A stretch of 64,000 bases of DNA from Myxococcales bacterium (GCA_009692465.1 SHZD01000001.1:18218-82217), one strand, 5' to 3'; counted from the stretch's first letter, positions 54,430-64,000 are shown. Notes: a model not told the origin generated them from the sequence alone. Translations and numbers: made by a program.

Positions 54430-56876
54430 AATGGCGCCCAGATTGGCCCGCCAACCGTAAAGCCTTTCGGAACGCAGAGTTGAACGGCAGATCCGGCAAA
54501 GTACTGGCAAGGGCTGTCTGCGGGACACGGACCAAAGCCATAGCCGCACTGCTGCAAACAGGTCGGCACAGGTGTGCCTTTGACGCACAATGTGTTGGTA
54601 TCACAATCATTTTGCTGGCCAAGGCATATGGAACCATGCGCCAGTTTGCCGGTCTTGACGCACCAACTTTGACCGTTGCCGAAGTACTGGCATTTAGCTC
54701 CAGTTCCGCAGACGTCGGCAAAACCGGTGCACTGCTTGACACACACGGCGCCGGGATTGGCGGCGGGATCGCCGATGCAGGCCAAGCCTTTCTTGCATTG
54801 CCACGCTTGGTTATAGCAACTCTGGAACTCGTCGACGGTGCCACTGGGCACACACCATCCGCCCCATTTGCCGGTGGCGCAATACAAATTGCCGCCGGTG
54901 CAGTCGGTGTCGGCTTTGCAGGATTTGGCGCACATCGCATACGTGGTACCTGCCGAGAGACACGCCAAACCGACTGCGCACGGCTTGTCGGCATTGGAGC
55001 ACGGTTGTCCCTGCGTTTGGCCGCCCGCGGGCTGGCAGTAGGCGCCAGCTTGGCCGTAGTCCTTGCAATCGGTGCCACTCGGGCACGCCTTGGTGGCGCT
55101 GCACGGCGAGATGCACACGGCGTCGCTGCCCAGACCCCAGTTTTGGCAAAACGTGTTCGCAGCGCAGGCCATAGGCTTACCAGCGCACGACTTGCCAATC
55201 GCGATCGCGCCCGTCGGGATGCAAACGCCTGCGGTCCCCCCGCCGTAGCCCGAGCACCACGACGCGTCCGGACATGCATCTTTGCTGCCCGGCACTGCCG
55301 CTACTTTGCACATCTGGGCGCATACTTCGCCGCCTTGCGGGCCGATGCAAAAGTGGCCGGCTTTGCATGAAGTGGCAGCCCCAGCGCAAGATTGTCCTTG
55401 AGTTTTGCCGCCATCTGGCTGGCAACCGCTGTATTGATTGTTGTACTTGATGCAAACGGCACCGATCGGGCACTTGCCGTCGGACCCCTGGCCGCACGGC
55501 TTTTGGCAGTAGGCGTCGGGGTTGTACACGTCGTAGCCGCCGACGCACCAACTGCCTGATGTACAACTGCTTGGATTTTTAGAACAGTTGTCGCCATTGG
55601 CCTTGTCGCCTTTGGGAACACATGCCCCAAAGTTGCCGCCCGGCCCTTTGGAGCAAGTCGCGACTTGGTTGATGGTTTTGGCGTAAGCACTGCAATCTAC
55701 ATCGTTTTGGCATAAGGGCGCACACACTGCAGTGGCTGACCCAGCTCCGAGGCAAAACATGCCCTTCTGGCACGAGAAGCGGTCGCCAGCGCAACTACTG
55801 CCACCAGCCACGGAGCCAAATTTTTGGCAGATGCCTTGGTTTGGAGAGTAAATCGAGCAGGCAAAGCCAGATGCGCACACAGAGTCGTCTTTGCACAACG
55901 TGGCGCAGTAGGCCAGCGGATCACCGGAATAGGCTTCGATGCACCAAGAGCCGGCCCCGCAGCCGCCGATTGTTTTGCCGGCACACGAAGTGGCGTCGGC
56001 CTTGTCAGGCGTAAACGGGATGCAACCACCCGTGCCGCCTTCAAAAACCTGGCACTTGGTGCCGATTGGGCATGATTTCGACGCCGAAGTGCAACCGTCG
56101 ACACATTGGGCCGCACTCTGAGTTTGCAAGCAGAATCCGCCATTGTTCTTGCTGCAATCGCTCTGTCCACCCGCCTTGCAGTCTGCCCCGGCAGGCTTGT
56201 CCTGATTGCCGCACTGGGTGGCGCCGCCAAATTGCTTGGCGCAGTATTTTTGGTTGCCGTACTGAACGCAGCACATGGGTTCTTCGGTGTTCGCGGCGCA
56301 CTCAACGTGTGACAGGCAGCCGACTTTGCCGCAATAGGCCTGCGGCGTCCCCTGAGCAAAACAATAAAGGCCGGCGTCACAATCGGCCGGTTTGGTGCAG
56401 GCACTACCCAGTTCGCCAGCGGTCGGGGCGGGTTTGCCGCCGTCAGTCACCGCGCCGTCACCGGCAGAGTCCGCAAGTGCCCCATCGAGTGGGTCGGTGT
56501 CCGCAGTGCCGCCAGCGGGTGCGCCGTCCGCAGCTACAACTGTGCCATCCGGCAACCTAAATGCACCATCTGGCAGCGCCACAGTTCCGTCTGGTAATGC
56601 TGTCGTCGCATCCGCGAGACGCTCGGTTGAGTCGCCAGCCCCAGCAATGGAGTCCGGCCCCATCCAGCGCTTGGCGTCGTCGCTCCATGTCCAAGCGTCA
56701 GTAGGCGGCGCCGCATCGCCTTGAAACTGCCAGCCATCAGGAAGTTGCCCCGCCTGCAGGTCCGAAGACGCGGCCGCGACTCCGGCTCCGCCGCTAACGG
56801 AGCTATCCTGCGTTCCGCAACCAATTGTTGCGATCAGTACGAGTGCAAGAACTGAAAGAGTGCTCAATAAGTGCAT
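54426..56876 (-). CDS. Exported lipoprotein made of about 10 tandem 8-cysteine modules
   Basis: Signal/lipobox LIATIGCG. I hand-counted about 82 Cys in the mature part. The module pattern is C-x6-C-x5-C-x8-9-C-x3-C-x5-10-C-x5-C-x8-10-C-x-P-x-G, for example QSCAGAATSCKAGHFCIGPQGGEVCAQMCKVAAVPGSKDACPDASWCSGYGGGTAGVCIPTG. Confidence 0.8.
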   Translation of the reverse strand: MHLLSTLSVLALVLIATIGCGTQDSSVSGGAGVAAASSDLQAGQLPDGWQFQGDAAPPTDAWTWSDDAKRWMGPDSIAGAGDSTERLADATTALPDGTVALPDGAFRLPDGTVVAADGAPAGGTADTDPLDGALADSAGDGAVTDGGKPAPTAGELGSACTKPADCDAGLYCFAQGTPQAYCGKVGCLSHVECAANTEEPMCCVQYGNQKYCAKQFGGATQCGNQDKPAGADCKAGGQSDCSKNNGGFCLQTQSAAQCVDGCTSASKSCPIGTKCQVFEGGTGGCIPFTPDKADATSCAGKTIGGCGAGSWCIEAYSGDPLAYCATLCKDDSVCASGFACSIYSPNQGICQKFGSVAGGSSCAGDRFSCQKGMFCLGAGSATAVCAPLCQNDVDCSAYAKTINQVATCSKGPGGNFGACVPKGDKANGDNCSKNPSSCTSGSWCVGGYDVYNPDAYCQKPCGQGSDGKCPIGAVCIKYNNQYSGCQPDGGKTQGQSCAGAATSCKAGHFCIGPQGGEVCAQMCKVAAVPGSKDACPDASWCSGYGGGTAGVCIPTGAIAIGKSCAGKPMACAANTFCQNWGLGSDAVCISPCSATKACPSGTDCKDYGQAGAYCQPAGGQTQGQPCSNADKPCAVGLACLSAGTTYAMCAKSCKADTDCTGGNLYCATGKWGGWCVPSGTVDEFQSCYNQAWQCKKGLACIGDPAANPGAVCVKQCTGFADVCGTGAKCQYFGNGQSWCVKTGKLAHGSICLGQQNDCDTNTLCVKGTPVPTCLQQCGYGFGPCPADSPCQYFAGSAVQLCVPKGFTVGGPIWAPF

Positions 56877-56886
56877 GATACACAAC

Positions 56887-58383
56887 CTAATTGCCGCACG
56901 GAACGGCTAGTGGCCCTGCCGTACCCGCATTTGGCCAGCCATCGATCAGGCAGTCGCCGTCCAAATCTACTTTGCGTTCGCGTACATCGTTGAGGCAGCC
57001 CTTCTTGGCAGTGCCCGTCCACAGCACTTCTCCACAACCCTGTTGACTGGAGTTTTTCTTATCTTTATTGGTAGTTTCATCGGCAAACAAGTCGAAACGC
57101 GTGACGATATGATCGCCATCGACGTCCACCAACTCTAAAAGTCGCTGATTACCGGGAAATTCTTCGCTGTCCGTCCAGCCTTGGGCTGGTTTGCCATAGG
57201 TGAACTTGTAGGCGATGCGCACCGGAGCCACGCCTCCAATCGGCTCCACGAAGGGCAACTCCAAAGCGATGGTCCAAATGCCGTCGCCCGCTTTGCCGTC
57301 ACCGTGACTGCCGTCGTCGTACATGCGGATCTGATTGGGGATCCAGTTGCCCAGCGCCGCGTTTGCCGCATCCACTTGGGCTTGCGGCAAGCAACTGGTA
57401 GCGCTAGCGCCGCTACACAGCAATGTATCCTTATGAATGCCACCAGTTATAAACACAATCTTCTCTGATGCTTTGTCTGTCCATAGGTAAGGATTGAATG
57501 TTGCATCACAATTTCCGTCTTTTCCACCAGCGTTAACCAACCGTGTTTGGATGACAACCCGAATCTTATCAGCCACATAACACGCCTTGAACGAAAAAAG
57601 AGGTAGCGCAGCCGCCAATATAGCGTCGAACTTTGAAGTTTCCAGATCTGGGAGACTATCACCATCAAAATCAATTGATTGACTAGTCAGCAACTCCGAC
57701 CGCAACAGGGAGCCCTCATTGCCCAGATTCCAAGCTCCGAGCGCAACGACGGTTGTCGTCACCGGGTTGCCTTGACTGCGAATGCGCGCCACCGCTGCCA
57801 CGACCTTGATTAGCGCCGGTTCAGCATCGCTTGCCATGATTTTTTTATGTAATTCAATCAGTGTGTCCAGCACGCCATCGGTCGACGCCCCTGCTAGCGT
57901 CTGCTTGCTACTGCGCAATTTCGCCACCAAAAGCAGAGTCATCGCCGTCGTTACGTCGTTCAGCTGCAGGGCTCCAGGACTGAGCGACGACAACGGGATT
58001 TGGCGCGGTGGCGCCAAGACTGTCGACTGCGCGGCCATTTTGGGCACAAGCGCGAGCCAATGCTTAGACCCGGTTCGCGCGGTCAAGATCGCGTTATTCA
58101 ACGCCATATCGCCGGCCAGTGGCAATTCAAAGCTGCCGTTGGCCAACGCCGTTGCCTGGGCCGTGCCCAAAGCCTTGCCGTCTGCGCCCAGCAGACTCAC
58201 GACTGCACTTGGGCCATTTTCGACGCTGCCAGTTACGGTTTGAAGTGCCGGTTCAGGCATCGGCCGATGATCACCGCGGGTCAATTCCGTGACAATCAGA
58301 CCGTCGATGTTGCACGCCAGAGGCGCCGCGGTCAGCAGAGACACCGCCAAAACATTCATAATGGACTGAAGCTTTCGCGACAT
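56887..58383 (-). CDS. Lipoprotein, function unknown, with DxDGD-type Ca-binding-like motifs
   Basis: I set the start at the ATG at 58383 (MSRKLQS..LLTAAPLAC). Motifs are DFDGDSLPD, DVDGDHIV, DLDGDCLID and a DDGSHGDGKAGDGIWT segment. Confidence 0.6.
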   Translation of the reverse strand: MSRKLQSIMNVLAVSLLTAAPLACNIDGLIVTELTRGDHRPMPEPALQTVTGSVENGPSAVVSLLGADGKALGTAQATALANGSFELPLAGDMALNNAILTARTGSKHWLALVPKMAAQSTVLAPPRQIPLSSLSPGALQLNDVTTAMTLLLVAKLRSSKQTLAGASTDGVLDTLIELHKKIMASDAEPALIKVVAAVARIRSQGNPVTTTVVALGAWNLGNEGSLLRSELLTSQSIDFDGDSLPDLETSKFDAILAAALPLFSFKACYVADKIRVVIQTRLVNAGGKDGNCDATFNPYLWTDKASEKIVFITGGIHKDTLLCSGASATSCLPQAQVDAANAALGNWIPNQIRMYDDGSHGDGKAGDGIWTIALELPFVEPIGGVAPVRIAYKFTYGKPAQGWTDSEEFPGNQRLLELVDVDGDHIVTRFDLFADETTNKDKKNSSQQGCGEVLWTGTAKKGCLNDVRERKVDLDGDCLIDGWPNAGTAGPLAVPCGN

Positions 58384-58515
58384 GCGCTCGCCATTGCGCT
58401 TCGCCAGTGAGGCGGCTGTCTCATTGTGCCACGCAGCGCTGCCGGTGACCACACGAACTTGACGCCGCGGCAAAGCGGACTACCTTGCGCCCAACCGCGG
58501 GCCTCAGGCTTTTTG

Positions 58516-59364
58516 ATGTACAACTCTCTGGTCATACTGGCAATTTGCGCCACGTTGCTGCCGGCTTTGGCGCGACCAGCGGCGTGCAAGCCCAGGCAGG
58601 CGGCCATGGGTCCGCCTGCGTTGGTCAAATTGGAGCATGTGCGGCGCTTGGTTTTAGACCCGGGTCACGGCGGCGACAATCTTGGCGCCTTGGGGACAGC
58701 GGGTATCCGCGAGAAGGCCTTGACACTGGAAGCCTCAAAGAACATAGCCATTTGGCTGCGTAGCCAGTGCGACGTCGAAGTGCTGCTGACTCGGGAGCGC
58801 GACGTGGCGGTTGAACTCAGGCAACGACCGCGGCTGGCTAATGATTGGAAAGCGGACGCCCTGGTCAGTGTCCATGCCAACGCCCATGAACAAGCAGAAG
58901 CATCTGGAATGGAAGTATTTTACTTAGCAGCGGACGCCAGCGCCGAAGCAGCCCGCCAACTAGTTGAACGTGAAGAGGGCGCCGGTGCCGGTGGGCCGCC
59001 CGCTGGTCAACCTTGGACGGTCGACGGCATCAAGACGGACATGGCGCTGGCAGCCGCGCATGCGCGCTCCCAAGCCTTTGCGTTGGCCATGGGCGAGGCG
59101 TTGCAGAGTATTCGCAAAAAGGCGCGATTTCGCGGTGTTCGGCAAGCTGCATTTGGGGTGCTCAAAGAAGCGCAAATGCCAGCTCTGGTGCTGGAGCTAG
59201 GCTACATTACTCATGTGGACGAGGGCCCAAAGCTGTTTGACGTCGCTGTCCATGCCGAATTTGCCAAGGCCTTGCTGCAAGCTTTGGTCGAATTGGATCG
59301 GCGTCTGGCCGCTGAACTCAAGATTAAACGCAACAAAGACAAAGCGTTGGCGACTAGGAAGTAG
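58516..59364 (+). CDS. N-acetylmuramoyl-L-alanine amidase (Amidase_3)
   Basis: LDPGHGG, SVHANA and the E..GY context. Signal peptide MYNSLVILAICATLLPALA. Confidence 0.85.
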   Translation: MYNSLVILAICATLLPALARPAACKPRQAAMGPPALVKLEHVRRLVLDPGHGGDNLGALGTAGIREKALTLEASKNIAIWLRSQCDVEVLLTRERDVAVELRQRPRLANDWKADALVSVHANAHEQAEASGMEVFYLAADASAEAARQLVEREEGAGAGGPPAGQPWTVDGIKTDMALAAAHARSQAFALAMGEALQSIRKKARFRGVRQAAFGVLKEAQMPALVLELGYITHVDEGPKLFDVAVHAEFAKALLQALVELDRRLAAELKIKRNKDKALATRK

Positions 59365-59386
59365 CAGGTGCCTGCTTCAGTCGAAT

Positions 59387-60193
59387 TTATTGATGTTTAT
59401 CTAGTTGATAAATGACAGACTCGATAAGCTGGTTGGCTAGCTCAATCAGACCTGATTGGCCGCGACCGCCTGCCAACTCGGCCACGATAGTGCCCTCGCG
59501 ATCGAGCAACACGCCGCTCCTCAGCCCTGTTCGGTACTCGTGCATATCATTGGCAAAAACTACATCGGCACCGGATCGGTGAGCCAAGTGGACACAGGCG
59601 TCACGGCGAGTTTTGACCGAAGCCCCGGCTAAGAGCTTGAAGCCCACTAGAAATGTGGTCGGTGAAGCCTGTTTCACCCGGTCGATGGCCTTGGTCGTTG
59701 GCACTAAGCGCAAGACCAACTCATCGGCTGCTACCAAATGACCGTCGGGACCCAAAGAGTCCTTGCGCGACAACAGTTTGCCGACAACAGCGATCGGAGC
59801 GAAGTCAGCGACGGCCATGGCGCAAATGGCCAAGTGTGGACGCTGCGTTTGGCAAGCCAGCGCCAAAGACGCCTCTGCTTGTGCCGCTGTAGAAATCTCG
59901 TCAACGCTTAGCTCACCGCGCTCTAAAACTGCCTTTGTCGCTTCCACCTGTGCGGTCAGGCTGGCGACTGTTGGACCGGCAGGCTCAGCACCGAGATCAA
60001 CGGTCACCTGCACACGATCAGGCCGCAAGGCATTGGGACCGGCGATGTAATGGACACGCCAACCCGCGTTCAGCAAGATTTTGGCAATTTCACAGGGCAG
60101 GGCACCGGTCGCTGCATTGGCGACGTAGCGAACGTCGTCAATCGGCTCGCGTGTGCCGCCAGCGGTGACAATTGCGATCCGGCGTGACGTCAT
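59387..60193 (-). CDS. coaB: Phosphopantothenate--cysteine ligase-like protein (CoaB domain only, divergent)
   Basis: VTAGGTREPIDDVRYVANAATG, MAVADFAP, VGFKLL and VFANDM align in order with the CoaB half of Dfp. There is no CoaC flavoprotein half. The ATG overlaps the uppP stop (ATGA). Confidence 0.65.
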   Translation of the reverse strand: MTSRRIAIVTAGGTREPIDDVRYVANAATGALPCEIAKILLNAGWRVHYIAGPNALRPDRVQVTVDLGAEPAGPTVASLTAQVEATKAVLERGELSVDEISTAAQAEASLALACQTQRPHLAICAMAVADFAPIAVVGKLLSRKDSLGPDGHLVAADELVLRLVPTTKAIDRVKQASPTTFLVGFKLLAGASVKTRRDACVHLAHRSGADVVFANDMHEYRTGLRSGVLLDREGTIVAELAGGRGQSGLIELANQLIESVIYQLDKHQ

Positions 60194-61029
60194 TGCGGTT
60201 GTCCCAGCAATGTCATCCACACGACGGCCGCAGCAATGAGACGGTACACGCCAAACGGAATCAGACCCACGCGGCTAAGAATCCGAATAAACACAGAAAT
60301 TGACGCCCAACCTGCCACAAATGCCGCTACCAGCCCCACCGCAATCGCAGGTGCGCCAATGCCATCGACAAGAATTCGCCATTCTTTGAGCAACTCGTAG
60401 GCAGTGGCGGCGCCAAGCACTGGAATTGCCAGAAGAAAAGCAAAATCCGCCGCGGCTTTCCGATCCAGCCCACTCAGCATTCCGCCGACCAGCGTCGCCA
60501 TCGAGCGCGACGTCCCCGGCATCAGCGACAGGCATTGAAACAACCCGACAACCAACGCCGATCGCGGCGTCAGATCGACAAGTTGGCCTGTCGGCGGCGG
60601 TCGGCGCCGAAACCACAACTCCACGCCGATCATTGCCACGCCACCGATCGCCAATGCCAGCGCCACCGGTGCGGGGCCAAAAAGTAAAGCTTTGATCTGC
60701 TTGCGAAATAGCAATCCAACCACGACGACCGGGACGAAGGCGACCGCCAAGCACGACACTAGCCGCCGAGCTTGTTGGCGCGCTGTCTCATCACGACTGA
60801 TTAGGCCTTTACCGCGCTCGATCAGCAGTGGCGCGTAGTAGCCAATGCAGGCCAAAAGGGCGCCCGCTTGGATGACGATGTCAAATGCGTCGTTTGCGGC
60901 TTTGCGTCCTGGTGTTCCACCGGCGTCCAGCCACGCGCTAACCAAGATCAAATGGCCGGTCGACGACACAGGCACAAATTCAGTCAGCCCCTCGACGATC
61001 CCCAAAACTAGTGCGTGCAGTATGTCCAT
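60190..61029 (-). CDS. uppP: Undecaprenyl-diphosphatase
   Basis: MDILHALVLGIVEGLTEFVPVSSTGHL and PGTSRS motifs. Confidence 0.9.
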   Translation of the reverse strand: MDILHALVLGIVEGLTEFVPVSSTGHLILVSAWLDAGGTPGRKAANDAFDIVIQAGALLACIGYYAPLLIERGKGLISRDETARQQARRLVSCLAVAFVPVVVVGLLFRKQIKALLFGPAPVALALAIGGVAMIGVELWFRRRPPPTGQLVDLTPRSALVVGLFQCLSLMPGTSRSMATLVGGMLSGLDRKAAADFAFLLAIPVLGAATAYELLKEWRILVDGIGAPAIAVGLVAAFVAGWASISVFIRILSRVGLIPFGVYRLIAAAVVWMTLLGQPQ

Positions 61030-61107
61030 AGTCCACGCGGTGTACGCTGGTCGCCGACAGCAGTCAAAATTCTGACATTTGGCCAATGCGGCGATACCCT
61101 GCGGCCG

Positions 61108-62778
61108 ATGAAGCCTGTCGAGCCTCTTTCTTCACCTCTTAGCCCATCTGCAGCGGCTGCGCAGTCTACGGTTGCCGGTATCCGCGCGGCTGCAATTCTG
61201 CTGGCCGCGAGCAATTTACTTTCAAGGGTGCTGGGTTATGGCCGCGACTGGTTGATCGCATTTGAATTTGGAGCGACCAGTCAGACCGACGTCTATCAGG
61301 CTTCGTTTACACTGCCCGACTTGATCAACCACTTGCTGGCCGGTGGCGCCCTGTCCGTGTCGTTATTGCCGCGAATGGCAGAGTTGTACGCGGCCCGCAC
61401 TGCCGGTTCCAATGCCGAAGCTGACGACGCTGCGGTAAATAAGGCGTTTTCATTAGTCTGTTCGGCGATGCTCGTGGCGGCGCTCGCGCTGGTCGCAGCA
61501 GTTTGGTTGGCCGCTGATCCTCTAATTGCTGCATGGTTTCCAGGATTTACCCAGCAACAACTCGATCAAACTGTACATTTGACGCGCATAGTCTTGCCAG
61601 CTCAGCTGTTTTTTCTGGTCGGTGGCCTGTTTCAAGCTGTGTTACTTGCTCGGCAACAGTTTCACGCCATGGCGCTAACTCCGCTGTTGTACAACGGGGC
61701 CATTATCGGTGGCGGGCTTATCGGTGGTCAACTTGGCCAAATCGAAGGATTTTCCTGGGGGGCCCTTGTTGGCGCTTTGCTGGGCGGCCTGCTGGTTCCA
61801 GTTTTTGCTGCTCGCAAGCAGGTCCAGTTCCGCTTTGAATTTGACCCTCTTCATCCCGAAGTCAGGCGTTTCTTATGGATCGCCGCTCCGCTCATGCTCG
61901 GGGTCAGCCTGACCACTGTGGACGAGTGGCTGGCCAAGCGCTACGGCTCGGGTCTACAGGAGGGCGCGATCACCTGGTTGATGACTGCGCGACGGGTGAT
62001 GTTGGTGCCGATCGGCATACTGGGAGCCACCGCTGGCCAGGCCACTGGGGCCTATCTGGCCAAGCTGCACGCCGAAAAAAAGCGCGAAGAATTGGCAACC
62101 ACCCTGACGACCGCCAGCAGTGCGGTGGTCGGTTGGTCGTTGATCGCTGGGGGTCTTTTGGCGGTGCTGGCAGAACCTGTGGTTCATTTTCTGTTTCAAT
62201 ACGGTCGCTTTAGTGCAAGAGACGCGACAAATACCGCAATTGCCCTGCAGGTCATGGCCTTGGCGATTCCAGCGTGGGGCGCCCAACAGGTGCTTGCCCG
62301 CGCGTTTTACGCGGTTGGCGACACTTGGCGGCCAATGATCGCGACAACGGCAGTCACTGTTGCTGCTTTGCCCTTGTATGTTTTGGCAGGACACGCAGGC
62401 GATCGCGCTTTGCCGCAGCTGTGTGCCGCTGGGGTTGTCGGCATTTGGCTGCAGGCGTTCACATTGCTTGTCCTAGCAAGGCGAAAAATGGGCATTAATC
62501 TCAAGGTATTGAGCACACAGTGCTTGCGAGCATTGATCGTGGCGACCGCAGCTGTGGCCGGAGTCGCGGCCCTAGACCACTCGCTTGGCAGCGAAGTTGA
62601 GACCTTTGTAACTCAGTGGATTCCGTTGGTTGTGGCTGGACGCGGCCTTCGACTTGCGGCCAACGGCGCCGTGGCGGTGGCAATCGTCGCGGCGCTTGGC
62701 TCCGCAGTCGCCATGGTCGGCATGCCCCAATCCGCAGTGCGGGCCATGCGCGCTATCGGAATCACAAAACGCACGTGA
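61108..62778 (+). CDS. murJ: Lipid II flippase MurJ (MviN)
   Basis: LSRVLGYGRDWLIAFEFGATSQTDVYQASFTLPD, with about 14 TM segments. The start is at the ATG at 61108. Confidence 0.9.
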   Translation: MKPVEPLSSPLSPSAAAAQSTVAGIRAAAILLAASNLLSRVLGYGRDWLIAFEFGATSQTDVYQASFTLPDLINHLLAGGALSVSLLPRMAELYAARTAGSNAEADDAAVNKAFSLVCSAMLVAALALVAAVWLAADPLIAAWFPGFTQQQLDQTVHLTRIVLPAQLFFLVGGLFQAVLLARQQFHAMALTPLLYNGAIIGGGLIGGQLGQIEGFSWGALVGALLGGLLVPVFAARKQVQFRFEFDPLHPEVRRFLWIAAPLMLGVSLTTVDEWLAKRYGSGLQEGAITWLMTARRVMLVPIGILGATAGQATGAYLAKLHAEKKREELATTLTTASSAVVGWSLIAGGLLAVLAEPVVHFLFQYGRFSARDATNTAIALQVMALAIPAWGAQQVLARAFYAVGDTWRPMIATTAVTVAALPLYVLAGHAGDRALPQLCAAGVVGIWLQAFTLLVLARRKMGINLKVLSTQCLRALIVATAAVAGVAALDHSLGSEVETFVTQWIPLVVAGRGLRLAANGAVAVAIVAALGSAVAMVGMPQSAVRAMRAIGITKRT

Positions 62779-63040
62779 AATTAGCTAGTTATTGGCCTGC
62801 TGATTGTGCTTGCGCTGGTGTTCCACTTTCGCTAGGTTGGCGCACTGGGCACGCGGTGAATACACTGTGACCCGCAGCGTTGAGTTGCCCGAGGCCGTTC
62901 GCGCCGCTGAAATTAACTCACGGAAATTCAGCAAGTTCGACATTTGAAAGGCTTGGTTACCGATTGACTTCCATTTCCTTGGCCCGGCAGTCCAACTGCC
63001 CTTGCGCACGGACGCACCCCGTCCGATCACGGAGAAAGCA

Positions 63041-64000
63041 ATGAAAGTGAACTCCCTCTTAGGCCGGTCTGCGGCGAAATCCAGACTGGGTGTGGCAATA
63101 CTGGCATCCACAGCGCTTGCCGCATCTGCGTGCAATGACACTGAAAATGCCTGCCACGACTCCAACGGCGTGCGCGTCTGCGGCGAGATCGGCACCGCTT
63201 TATTCACGGTGGACATGGCCTCGACGCCGATCGAGTGGCCGCCGGTCGCCGTTCAAGAGGGTGGCTTGATTGTGGCGCGTGGCGATCAACTTTTGCGCAT
63301 CAGCAAGTCTGGCGTGGTGACGCCGATGGGCAATGCGGGTCAGGACTTGACCGTGCCGTCGTCCGACGAATCAGGCAACCTGTACTTGATCGGTGGCGGC
63401 TCAGCAGGATCGCAAGTCCGCGCTCTGAATGGCCAATCTCTTGGCGACGCCCGCTGGCAGCAGAATCTGAGCGGCGCCCCGGTGGGCACGCCAGCCACGA
63501 TCGGCGAAAAGACAGTGTACGCGGCCACCACGGATTGGACCTCACAGTCCACTTTGTACGCCCTCAATCGCAGCGACGGCAAGGTCCTGTTCACTCGCGT
63601 TGGCGCCTCTCCAGCCGCAGTGTTGCCCGACGGTTCGATTCGCTACCTGTCCGGCAACGCAGGGTCCGAAAACGTGTTCAACACCGAAAACGCCACAACC
63701 AAAGTCTTCAAGAGCCTTGTGGCCGAAGATGCCTCCGGCAAGGTCCTGTGGACCTTGCCTGCCTCGCAGGGCTTCATTGACTTTGCGCCAGGACCCAAAG
63801 GCGACACCTTCGCGGTCACCGGCGGCGATCACGTGCTGCAGCGCGTCAGTGCGGAGGGCAAGATCAAGTGGACCTTTACCCCGGATTGCAACAACTGCAC
63901 CGTGGCTGCAGCGCCGACCGTCACTCGAGACACCGTTTACTTTCCGGTGTGGGAGCGCAAAGTCGAGCCCATCGATCCGCTCTACGCAATCGACGCCGAA
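63041..64000 (+). CDS. PQQ-like/BamB-like beta-propeller lipoprotein (3-prime partial, runs off window)
   Basis: This ORF is not in the supplied track because it has no stop within the window. GGAGAAAG lies upstream of the ATG at 63041, followed by 320 open codons. The signal/lipobox is LASTALAASAC. Repeated LYALNRSDGKVLF, ASGKVLWTLP, AEGKIKWTF and LYAIDAE motifs are present. Confidence 0.7.
   Translation, partial: MKVNSLLGRSAAKSRLGVAILASTALAASACNDTENACHDSNGVRVCGEIGTALFTVDMASTPIEWPPVAVQEGGLIVARGDQLLRISKSGVVTPMGNAGQDLTVPSSDESGNLYLIGGGSAGSQVRALNGQSLGDARWQQNLSGAPVGTPATIGEKTVYAATTDWTSQSTLYALNRSDGKVLFTRVGASPAAVLPDGSIRYLSGNAGSENVFNTENATTKVFKSLVAEDASGKVLWTLPASQGFIDFAPGPKGDTFAVTGGDHVLQRVSAEGKIKWTFTPDCNNCTVAAAPTVTRDTVYFPVWERKVEPIDPLYAIDAE

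Noticed and set aside
62785-63216. 143-aa minus-strand ORF between murJ and the window end.
   Set aside because: It overlaps the start of a much better supported plus-strand gene that has an RBS, a lipoprotein signal and beta-propeller repeats over 320 open codons. It has no recognisable motif.
1-64000. Search for a defence island, toxin-antitoxin pair, retron/DGR, prophage, secretion system or biosynthetic gene cluster.
   Set aside because: I found no nuclease, helicase, reverse transcriptase, integrase, ATPase-rich cluster, PKS/NRPS or phage structural motifs in any supported ORF. The window is mostly housekeeping genes interrupted by small non-autonomous repeats.

Overview
This is a 64-kb GC-rich (about 60% by eye) bacterial chromosomal segment that is densely coding on both strands. 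I support about 47 CDS. I recognised no rRNA, tRNA, CRISPR array, transposase, integrase, phage gene, defence gene or obvious biosynthetic cluster. All family calls come from reading motifs in the supplied translations; no database search was run.

Most genes are housekeeping:
- Central and cofactor metabolism: aminotransferase, thiE, PduO-type adenosyltransferase, aroC, transaldolase, gltA, birA, a CoaB-like gene.
- Fatty-acid electron transfer: etfBA, a large acyl-CoA dehydrogenase, and a membrane Fe-S oxidoreductase of the type proposed to oxidise ETF.
- Translation and tRNA: prmC, mnmE, trmB.
- Envelope: SpoIID-domain protein, Amidase_3, uppP, murJ, an O-antigen-ligase-like protein and a GT2.
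- Others: htpG, an M32 carboxypeptidase, OPT and MFS transporters, and one Ser/Thr kinase.

The gene content suggests a Myxococcota/Bradymonadia-like organism. It includes MopE-type Cys-rich repeats, an RCC1-like protein, an FGE-sulfatase domain, a Ser/Thr kinase and a C-terminal sorting-like tail. This placement is inference only.

Three things stand out:
1. Almost every sizeable intergenic gap is filled by small non-autonomous inverted-repeat elements. One type is a 135-bp GGAACTGT...ACAGTTCC element, always flanked by a TTA or TAA direct repeat. The other type is a set of CTAG-bounded mini-elements arranged in mosaics. The two types share a roughly 60-bp internal core containing a hairpin whose sequence covaries. 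Several gene stop codons and one ribosome-binding site sit exactly on element junctions.
2. There is an unusual concentration of exported, extremely Cys-rich repeat proteins (about 1224, 816 and 658 aa), together with two adjacent proteins that each carry three DsbA-like modules with partly degenerate CxxC sites.
3. Two noncoding stretches of about 0.6 kb remain unexplained, and there are three short tandem repeats.

I did not find a convincing new multi-gene system such as a defence, toxin or secretion system. The candidates above are the best leads.
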